A stretch of DNA of 51,696 bases. It comes from an uncultured Clostridia bacterium (GTDB taxonomy: Bacteria > Bacillota > Clostridia > TANB77 > CAG-465). The DNA lies in the NCBI GenBank assembly GCA_944388545.1, contig CALXJE010000011.1, forward strand, positions 1-51,696. Direction: 5' to 3'. Below are positions 1 to 8,700 of the stretch, piece by piece. Position numbers and translations under genes: made by a program. Position 1 is the first letter of the stretch; every line of letters begins with the position of its first letter. The notes below the pieces were generated by a model. It searched no databases. It was given only the letters and a program-made list of their open reading frames with translations, and was not told the DNA's origin.

Positions 1-324
1 AAAACTTTAAAATTTTATTTATAAAGATATGACAGAAATGTTATATCTTTTTATTTTTCAAAATTTATCATTTTTTATCAGAAAATATCATAAATTACTA
101 TTACAAATTATCATACAATTTATTCCAATTTGTTCCAAGATATTATACAAAAGACGAAAATATTATATAAAAATGAAAAATATCATTTATATAAAATATT
201 TTACATTTTCGCAAAATATGACAAATTTTGCAAGAAAAACATGATAAAATGTTGTTGGTCAAAGCAAAAGATAAATCCATCAATAGACTAAAGATGTCGA
301 TTTTACAGATTTAGGAGGGATAAG

Positions 325-381
325 ATGGATTATTTTATTGTATATAAGAAAAGAATTAAAAATACACACAAAACTTTATAA
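325..381 (+). CDS. Putative 18-aa leader peptide MDYFIVYKKRIKNTHKTL
   Basis: Strong RBS AGGAGG at 313-318, ATG 325, TAA 379-381; its 3' half overlaps the left arm of a terminator-like hairpin. Confidence 0.45.
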   Translation: MDYFIVYKKRIKNTHKTL

Positions 382-410
382 AGGGGTAATTGTGTGTATT
401 TTTCTTATAT
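358..410 (+). terminator. Terminator/attenuator-like hairpin
   Basis: AAAAATACACACAA ... TTGTGTGTATTTTT inverted repeat ending in a T-rich tract. Confidence 0.55.
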
Positions 411-581
411 ATAAACAATTCCATTCAAAATACTTAAAAAGTATAAACATACCAAAGTTGAATTTTTTAAACTGAAAAATTTAAGCGTAGATTTGGTTTA
501 TTTATGCTTTTTTTCATATCTACGCAATAGGAAGTGTAGATTTGAGAATTGTTTTAATTGTGATGTTAAAAATAACTAGAT

Positions 582-633
582 ATGTAAAAAAGGACAAACT
601 TATTTTTATGGGTAAGTTTGTCTTTTTTTACAT
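582..633 (+). terminator. Second terminator-like hairpin in the leader of the sigma-like gene
   Basis: ATGTAAAAAAGGACAAACTTA ... TAAGTTTGTCTTTTTTTACAT near-perfect inverted repeat. Confidence 0.6.
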
Positions 634-706
634 TTTAATTCAAAGGTGTAGAGGACCTCCTCGTACTTAAAAATTCATAAATTTTGAGTATGTAGGAGGG
701 TCTTTT

Positions 707-1090
707 ATGTTAGATGACGAGTTTAAAAATGATATTGTATTTGCTAGATTTTTAAACTATATGCAAATAGCATTATTACACAGAAAACTTGATTATGGAA
801 AACATCTTGAAGTTATAAAAAAACGAGAAAAAAAATTAGATTATGTAGAATGGAGTAGAATTCCAGATAAAACTAATAATAATCCATTTGAAAATCTTAA
901 AAAAGATTATGAAAAACTAAAAAAAGCAATTGATAAATTAACTCCAGAACAAAAATATGTAATTATAAATTATTATTTTAATAAAAAATCACTTGTTAAA
1001 ATTGCAAGAGGATTAAATTCAAATGTAAATGCAGTAAAACAATTAAAATTAAGAGCTGTTTTAAGCTTGAGAAGATATATGGAGGAATAG
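707..1090 (+). CDS. Sigma-70 region 4 / ECF-like regulator of a mobile element (Tn916 Orf7-like)
   Basis: C-terminal LKKAIDKLTPEQKYVIINYYFNKKSLVKIARGL..VKQLKLRAVLSLRR sigma region-4 HTH pattern; RBS AGGAGG. Confidence 0.75.
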   Translation: MLDDEFKNDIVFARFLNYMQIALLHRKLDYGKHLEVIKKREKKLDYVEWSRIPDKTNNNPFENLKKDYEKLKKAIDKLTPEQKYVIINYYFNKKSLVKIARGLNSNVNAVKQLKLRAVLSLRRYMEE

Positions 1091-1094
1091 TTAT

Positions 1095-1313
1095 ATGGAA
1101 AAAACAAAATTTTATGAATTATTAGTTAAAGCAAGACATGATGAGGCAACACTTGTATTTGTTATAGATAAAATAATGCCAATGATAAATAAATATTCGC
1201 AAGGTAAAAATAAGGAAATAGATGAGGACTTAAAGAGTATTTTAATTGAATATTCAATTAAAGTTATAAAAAATAAAAAATTCGCTGATAAATTAGCCAA
1301 AGAAAAAAAATAA
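1095..1313 (+). CDS. Small helix-turn-helix protein (Tn916 Orf8-like partner of the sigma-like gene)
   Basis: 72 aa, FYELLVKA..DEATL..IDKIMPMINKYS..IDEDLKSILI pattern; translationally coupled with RBS GGAGG. Confidence 0.65.
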   Translation: MEKTKFYELLVKARHDEATLVFVIDKIMPMINKYSQGKNKEIDEDLKSILIEYSIKVIKNKKFADKLAKEKK

Positions 1314-1393
1314 AAAAATTTTTTAATTTGCCCATAACCTTTTCAATTTTCAGTCGCTGTTAATAGTAGGAAAAAAATTTCTACTTTTGATAG

Positions 1394-1625
1394 CACATTG
1401 AAAATTGAATATGGGTTCATTAAAAACGTTTTATTATGGGAGCTAGTTTAAATGAAGATGCAGAACTTCATACTAAAATATAAGTTAGCCACTTATAAGG
1501 CGAAGATCATAATAGTTATAATGATACACTTGCATAGCCTTAACTCATCGTATAGGGTGCAACTCGGCTGTTAGCGGAGTGGTGGAATTCCAGTGAATGA
1601 TTTAGCTAGTCATTGTTAATGAAGT
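1394..1625 (+). ncRNA. Candidate mobile-element structured RNA preceded by a boxA-like motif
   Basis: ORF-free, GC-richer than flanks; closing helix TTCATTAA(1416-1423)/TTAATGAA(1616-1623) enclosing several hairpins; starts with CACATTGAAAATTGAATA. Confidence 0.5.
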
Positions 1626-1669
1626 TAAAATAGAAAATGCAATTAATAGAGATAAATGGAGGTAAATAA

Positions 1670-1864
1670 ATGTTAGATATTATTTCAATGACAACTTTAC
1701 TGATAGTTATGTTAGTATTTGGATTTGTATTATTTTGTACCATTTGTATTTTAATTGGTGGAAATGCAAATAAATCAGAATACGAAAGAAGAATAGAAGA
1801 TGAAGAACAAATGAATTATTTAAGAAATTATAAAAATAAAAAAATTGAAAATAGGCAGAAGTAG
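1670..1864 (+). CDS. Small single-pass membrane protein
   Basis: RBS GGAGGT, hydrophobic N-half, charged C-tail. Confidence 0.65.
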   Translation: MLDIISMTTLLIVMLVFGFVLFCTICILIGGNANKSEYERRIEDEEQMNYLRNYKNKKIENRQK

Positions 1865-1888
1865 TCTGTCTATTTTTTATGGAAGGAA

Positions 1889-2281
1889 TTGATTTATATG
1901 AATAATAAAAATAGATATTCTCCTAAAGAGAGCTTAGGATTGTTAATTATTGCAAATGAAAATGTAAGTTTTAAAGAAATGGATAATTTGATTCTAGCAT
2001 TAGAGCAAGTTTTAATGCAAAATAAAAGTAAAACTGAAATATTAGAATATATAGATGTTGATTTATTATCTCAAATAGATAACTATTGGGAATTAAGAAA
2101 ATCACAAGTTATTGCTTATGGATATTTAGTATTTAATCATTTTAGGATTTCATGTGAGGAATTAACAACAGAAAATATAACAAAAAATTTTGTATATCAA
2201 ATGAAATTTTATTCTCCAGACAATGCAGTTGAATTTGTAGAAAGAAATTTTAATATAGATTTATATGAGAAGGATTTATAA
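1889..2281 (+). CDS. Hypothetical protein (start may be ATG 1898)
   Basis: 130-aa ORF with GGAAGG upstream; no recognisable family. Confidence 0.6.
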   Translation: MIYMNNKNRYSPKESLGLLIIANENVSFKEMDNLILALEQVLMQNKSKTEILEYIDVDLLSQIDNYWELRKSQVIAYGYLVFNHFRISCEELTTENITKNFVYQMKFYSPDNAVEFVERNFNIDLYEKDL

Positions 2282-2402
2282 TTTTTACAAAAGATTTTTA
2301 AGAATACAAAAGAATTATTTAAAAAAAATAATAATAATAGGCTTGATGCAATCATATAAAGATTGATTTATAATAAATATTTTTTGAAAGGATAATAAAA
2401 AA

Positions 2403-2510
2403 ATGGATAAAATTATAAAAATAAGCACAGAATTGTATTTACTAAATTATTTGTATAGAGAAAAAGTAATTTCAGAACAGGAATATTATGAAATTAAAAA
2501 ATATATATAA
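2403..2510 (+). CDS. 35-aa SHOCT-like small protein upstream of the recombinase
   Basis: MDKIIKISTELYLLNYLYREKVISEQEYYEIKKYI; ISEQEY..IK SHOCT-like pattern; GAAAGGA upstream; not in the ORF track. Confidence 0.55.
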   Translation: MDKIIKISTELYLLNYLYREKVISEQEYYEIKKYI

Positions 2511-2590
2511 ATTTGGTGTGAAACGTTGAAAAAAACGTAATAACGCTATAAAATATATGATGTAGCAAGCACTATATGGAGGTAATACAT

Positions 2591-4391
2591 ATGGTTGCTA
2601 ATGTGAAAATTATAAAGAAAGTTGAAGGTCGAGTAGACCGAAGAAATGGAGGTGTTCTTAATAGATTATTAAGAGTAACAGCCTATGCAAGAGTTAGCAC
2701 AGATGATGAAGACCAAAGAAATAGTTATCAATCTCAATTAATGTACTTTAAGTCAAAAATAAAGGAAAATTCAGAATGGATTTATATAGATATGTATGCT
2801 GATGAAGCTATTACAGGAACGCTAGATTATAAAAGAAGTAATTTTATGAGAATGATAAATGATGCTCTTGTAGGAAAGTTTGATATGATTATTACAAAAT
2901 CAATATCAAGATTTGCTAGAAATACAGTTGATACTTTAAAATATGTTAGATTACTAAAAGAAAGAAATATAGCGGTATTTTTTGTTGAAGAAAATATTAA
3001 TACCTTAGAGATGTCAAGTGAATTTGTTTTGACTATATTAAGTTCAGTAGCACAACAAGAAAGTGAAAATATATCTAATCATGTCAAGTTGGGTTTTAAA
3101 GCAAAAATGGAAAGAGGAGAAATGATTGGATTTAATGGTTGTTTGGGGTATGATTATGATCCAAACACTAAAAGTTTATCTGTAAATGAAGATGAGAAAA
3201 AAATTGTCCAATACATTTATAATAGATATATTCAGGGGTATCGGAGCAACACAAATTGCTAAGGAACTTACAGAGAGTGATTATAGAACAAAACTTGGAA
3301 ATGAGCTTTGGCATGAATCAAGTGTTAGAAAAATTTTAAAAAATGTGAAATATAAGGGTGATGTATTACAAGGAATGACTTATACAGTGGATCCTATATC
3401 ACATAAAAGAAAAACAAATATGGGCGAACAAGATAAGTATTATATGGAATCACATCATGAACCTATAATTTCAGAGGAAATGTGGAATCAAGTACAAGAA
3501 ATAATGAAATCGAGACATGATACATTTTCTGATTTAGGAATTAAAGAAAACTACTATAATACAAAATATACGCTTAGTAATTCAATGGAATGTGCTTTTT
3601 GTGGAAGAGTTGTGTCCAGAAAAAAATGGGGAAAAGGCAAAGTAGGATGGCAATGTATGGATGCTATAAAAAAAGGAAAGAGAGCTTGTAATGATAGCAA
3701 AGTTATTCCACAAGAAGTTATAGAAAAAGCATTTATTGAAGTACACAGAATGTTGCTAGCAGATAATCAAGAAATAGTTAATAATTTTTTTGAAAAAGTT
3801 GAGAAGGCTATAAAAAAGAATAACACATTTGAAACAATACAAAATCTTAAAGAAAAAGAAAAAAGTTTACAAAATCAAATAAGAAAACTATTAGATATGA
3901 GTTTGAATGAAACAATAACAGAAGGGGAATACTTGAACAAAAAATCAGAATTAGATAAAAAACTGACAAATGTTACAAAACAAATTGCTAAATGTGTTGT
4001 AGATTCAAAAGAAGAAGAAAGAATAAAGGATAGAGTATCTAATATTAAAAAGAATTTGAAATGTAAGCAAAATATAATAGAATATTTTGATGAGGATGCT
4101 TTTAAGTGTTTAATAAAGAAAGTAATTATTGGAGAAAATGATGAAAATGAAAAAGATCCGTATGTTTTAAATTTTATATTAAATTCTGATAATATAGATA
4201 ATTCTCAAGATGATTTTGATGATGTAAAAATGCAAATTGCAGAATTTGATTGTAAAGTTAGATATTTTGTATTTAATATTGATGAGAACAATAATCGTTC
4301 TAAAGAAATAAAGGATAGTATAAAAGTAAAACTTTTTTCGGATATAAATACAAATATCAACATACCAACGCACAGCAATATGGAATGCTGA
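2591..4391 (+). CDS. Large serine recombinase (resolvase + recombinase + Zn-ribbon/coiled-coil), about 599 aa if read through a +1 frameshift at 3242
   Basis: AYARVST catalytic motif and SISRFARNT in frame 0; W..SSVRKILKN.KYKG, HEPII and CAFCG in the +1 frame; junction TAT-C-GGA gives YIQGYGATQIAKEL. Confidence 0.9.
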
Positions 4392-4451
4392 TAATATATC
4401 AATTCGCACGTGGTTAATCAAAAGAAACGTGGTGTGTTGATATATTGAAAA

Positions 4452-5249
4452 TTGTCCTGCGTCGCAGGAGGAGCAGGAGATCAAGGGATAATGTTTGGTT
4501 ATGCTTCTTGTGAATCAGAAAATCTTATGCCTTATGCTATTAATTTAGCTCATAAGTTATCTAAAAAACTTGCTGAAGTAAGAAAAAAAGGAATAATACC
4601 ATATTTGTTATCAGATGGTAAAGTTCAAGTTACAATAGAGTATATAGATGATGTACCAGCAAGAATAGATACTATACTTGTATCCACTCAGCATAAAGAA
4701 GATATTGATATGGAAAATTTAAGAAAAGATATAATTGATGTAGTTATAAATAAAGTAATAGATGTAAGTAAAATAGATAAAAATACAAAAATTATTATTA
4801 ATCCTACGGGTAAATTCGTAACAGGAGGTGCTGTTGCAGATACAGGACTTACTGGAAGAAAAATAATAGTAGATACATATGGAGGATATGCTCATCATGG
4901 TGGAGGTGCGTTTTCAGGCAAAGATCCTACTAAAGTAGATAGAAGTGCAGCATACATGTTAAGACATATTGCTAAATGTGTTGTTGCAAATAAATTAGCT
5001 AAAAAGTGTGAAATACAAATATCGTATGGAATAGGTATAACAAAGCCACTTTCAATATATATTAATTGTTTTGGCACAAATACTATTTCAGAGGATGAAA
5101 TTATAGAAAAAATAAAAAGAACTTTTGATTTAACACCTAATGGCATAATAAATTATCTAAAACTAAATAAACCTATATACGCAAAAACTACTAATTATGG
5201 TCATTTTGGAAGAAAAGGTTTTTCGTGGGAAGAAGTTGTAAAATTATAG
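4452..5249 (+). pseudogene. metK: S-adenosylmethionine synthetase, 3' two-thirds only (N-terminal ~120 aa absent)
   Basis: [48 protein letters not shown] motifs; homology starts at GAGDQG; in-frame TGA at 4446-4448 and no RBS. Confidence 0.9.
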
Positions 5250-5255
5250 AATTAA

Positions 5256-5286
5256 TAAACTCATACAAATAAAATGTATGAGTTTA
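5256..5286. terminator. Bidirectional terminator between convergent genes
   Basis: TAAACTCATACA ... TGTATGAGTTTA perfect inverted repeat. Confidence 0.7.
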
Positions 5287-5292
5287 ATTAAT

Positions 5293-5580
5293 CTAAATAT
5301 TAATATATGATAATAAATTATATTTAAATATATAATATACTGATATTATATTTAAAATAAATAAAACAGGTATCATAACAGTGAAGCTTAAGTGTTTTGT
5401 TTTATGCCTGAATGTGTAAATGCCTGCATATACACCAATGCTTCCTAAGAGCAAAGCTATTATAAAGAAAGTTTTTTCACTTATTCTATATTGTTTTTTA
5501 ATTGCATAGTATTTATCTAGTTTCATAAGTATAAAACCTAATAAATTTATAAATATTACATATAATATAAAATATAACAT
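5293..5580 (-). CDS. DUF1294 family membrane protein
   Basis: DKYYAIKKQYRISEKT..GSIG...FRHKTKH signature; start placed at ATG 5580 after GGTGA. Confidence 0.85.
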   Translation of the reverse strand: MLYFILYVIFINLLGFILMKLDKYYAIKKQYRISEKTFFIIALLLGSIGVYAGIYTFRHKTKHLSFTVMIPVLFILNIISVYYIFKYNLLSYINI

Positions 5581-5729
5581 TAAATCACCATAAATAATTA
5601 TATTATATATATAATTTAAATCAATATATTTAGTTATTTTAAATAAAAAATTTAAACACATATTATGTAATCAATTAGTTGAAATATTTTCCAGCATGTT
5701 ATATAATTTTTTAAGATTAGGGGGAAGTT

Positions 5730-8700
5730 ATGCAAGATTATATATTACCAATTTACTTGGAAACAAAGAAAAATTATAAAACAATAAAATTAACATATGA
5801 ATTACTTAATTCTATTACAATGTTAAAAATACCAACACATTCTGCTGGGCAATGGATATTAGATAATATGTATATAATAGAACAAGAGTATACAGTAGCA
5901 TTAGAAGACTTAAAAAACATGAAAGAAAATAGTCTTCCATATGTAAAACCAAATGATTCTCAAAAACAACTAAGAGTATATTTCATGGCAAATGAAATAG
6001 TTGAAAAAAATAACGGAATTGTAACAGATGGAATTGTAAGCAATTATGTTAAAGATTTTCAAAAGCATTCTTACATTACTTTTGCAGAATTATCTTTTTT
6101 ACCATTAATGATTAAATGCTCATTAATTAAATTTATAAGAAGGATATGTATTAATATTTTTAATGCGGAAATGCAAAAATTAAAAGTTGAAAAAAGAGTA
6201 AATAAATCAATATCTAATAATGCTAAATTAGTTACAAATAAGATGGACAAGTTAGTTGCTAAAATGAAAATAGATTTAACTCAAACTATGGGAATTAAAA
6301 CTAGCAATACCGCTTATATTGAATATTTGGCTTTTAAACTAAAAGATATGGGAAGACAAGGTGAACAATTTTTTAATGAACTAAAAGAAGAAACTACAAA
6401 AATAGGTTTTACAGTGGATGAAGCTATAGAGAAAGAACATAATGAGGTTACTACAACAACTAGATTAATAGGTAATAGTATTTCATCTCTTAAAACCGTT
6501 TCAAGCACTAACTGGGGAGAAGTAATTGTTGCAATAAATAAAATTGATGAAACATTAAAACGAGATTATACTAAAGAGTATAGTAAGTGTGATTTTAAAA
6601 CTAAAAATAGATATAGAAAAAATATTATTAAATTAGCTAGAAAATATAAATTGTCAGAAATGTATGTGGCAAAAAAAGCTGTAGAATGTTCTGAAGAATA
6701 TAAAAAGCATGTTGGACATTTTTTAATTGGTAATGATAAAAAAGTACTTATTAAAAGTATGGGAAAAAATGCAACAGGAATTATTATTAAAGAAAAGATT
6801 GTTGAACCATTAAAACCTTTTGTTTTTATATTAACTATAAATATAATAGCATTTATACTAGCTTATATAATAGATTTTTATTTTATAGAACATTATGCAG
6901 TGGGATATAGAATAGTTATAGGAATATTATCATTTATATTAGGGCTTGAAATAGCAGATAAAATTATATCATATATAGTAGGTAAGGTAGTTAGACCAAA
7001 GGTGCTTCCTAGATTTAATTTTGCAAAAACTATAGATAAAGAATATAGCACAATAATTGCTATGCCAAGTGTAATTAATTCTATAGAAAAACTTGATAAA
7101 ATGATAGAAAAAATGGAAGTAACATATCTTGCAAATAGATCAGAGAACATGTATTATATGTTACTTGGTGATTGTACAACAAATAAAAAGAATAAGCACA
7201 TAGCACTAGATGATGAAATTGTCAGAATTGGAAAAGAAAAAATTGAACAATTAAATAAAAAATATCCATCAGAACATAAACTATTTAATTTCCTATATAG
7301 AAAGAGAGTATATAGTAAAGGTGAAGAGGCATATATGGGATGGGAGAGAAAACGTGGTGCTCTATCTCATTTAAATAAGCTACTACTTGGTAGATTAACA
7401 GAACAGGAAAAAGAAAAATATATGTATTTAGCTCATAATGATATACCAGATGTTAAATATTTAATAACAGTAGATGAAGATACTAGTTTATCATTAAATT
7501 CTGCTAAAGAATTAGTTGCAATTATATCACATCCATTAAATAAACCTGTTTTATCTAAAGATGGAAGACGTGTTGTTTCAGGATATGGTCTTATACAACC
7601 AGCAGTTGGACTTGATATTGAATCTGCAAACAGAAGTATATTTTCCAAAGTATTTGGTGGATTTGGAGGACTTGATATATATACTAATGCTATTTCAAAT
7701 CTTTACCAAGATGTTTTTAAAGAGGCTATATTTACAGGAAAGGGAATATACAGTATTGAACTTTTTGAACAATTACTTGGAGAAACAATGCCAGAAAACT
7801 TAATTTTAAGCCATGACTTATTAGAAGGAAGCTATATGAGAACAGGACTCGCATCTGATGTAGAAGTTCAGGATGGATTTCCTCATAACTTTATAGCATA
7901 TATGAAAAGAAATCATAGATGGTGTAGAGGAGATATGCAGATAATAAAATGGTTAATTAGTCCTAAGAGTCCTCTTAATTTGCTTTCTAAATGGAAGATA
8001 TTTGATAATTTAAGAAGAGAGTCGTTAGATATCTTTGCTCTTTTACTTATTATTGTTACAATGTTTATACCTGGAACTAGCTTAGTATATACTTGTATAT
8101 TTGTATTTGTAGTTGTAAATTTTGGACATATACTTTCTACTATAGATAATATAATATTAGGTAAAAATGCTGAAAGAAAGCAAAAACAATATATTCCTGT
8201 AATATACGGTATAAGAGCAAATTTACTTAAAATGGTATTTAATTTTATAACTTTACCATATTCTGCTTGGATTACATTAAGTGCACATTTTACATCGTTA
8301 TATAGAATGCTTATATCTAAAAAGCATTTACTTGAATGGACAACAGCAGAGACAATAGAAGCAAGCGCAAAAGAAAAATTATCTTATGTATATAGAAATA
8401 TGTGGGCAAATACAGTATTTGGACTAATTTTAATAGCATATTCATTATTTAATGATTTTATATTTGTTAAAGAAAAATCCACTTTTATATTTGGAATATT
8501 CTTTTTAATAGCTCCTCTTGCAGGATATATAATGAGTAAAAAAACATTATTTAAAGCAGAGAAAGAGCTTACAGATAAAGAGGATGAAGAAATTAAAAAC
8601 ATTGCATATGATACTTGGAAGTATTTCGACAACACAATGATACAAATAAATAACTATTTGGCACCAGATAATATTCAAGAAAATAGAAGACCGAAAATAG

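Larger units (their letters stand above)
250..4465 (+). mobile_element. Right end of a serine-recombinase integrative element (left end outside the window; start coordinate approximate)
   Basis: Sigma/HTH regulator pair, SHOCT-like ORF and large serine recombinase, followed by an abrupt junction into the middle of metK. Confidence 0.7.

Noticed and set aside
206-239. TTTTCGCAAAAT...ATTTTGCAAGAAAA inverted repeat resembling the dif candidate
   Set aside because: Spacer length differs and the context is extremely AT-rich; more likely an operator or chance
29-244. 71-aa ORF in the AT-rich start of the window
   Set aside because: No RBS, low-complexity composition; likely regulatory DNA
3186-4391. 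Separate second recombinase gene starting at 3186
   Set aside because: No RBS and the N-terminus is off-frame sequence; it is the +1 continuation of the upstream ORF
4405-4445. CACGTGG / AACGTGGTGTGTTG resembling rumA(rlmD)-type att sequences
   Set aside because: Similarity is short and from memory; cannot be established without the other element end
6139-6146. AGG-A as a second shifty codon
   Set aside because: In-frame AGG-A occurs inside the uninterrupted 1850-aa ORF, so AGG appears to be read normally
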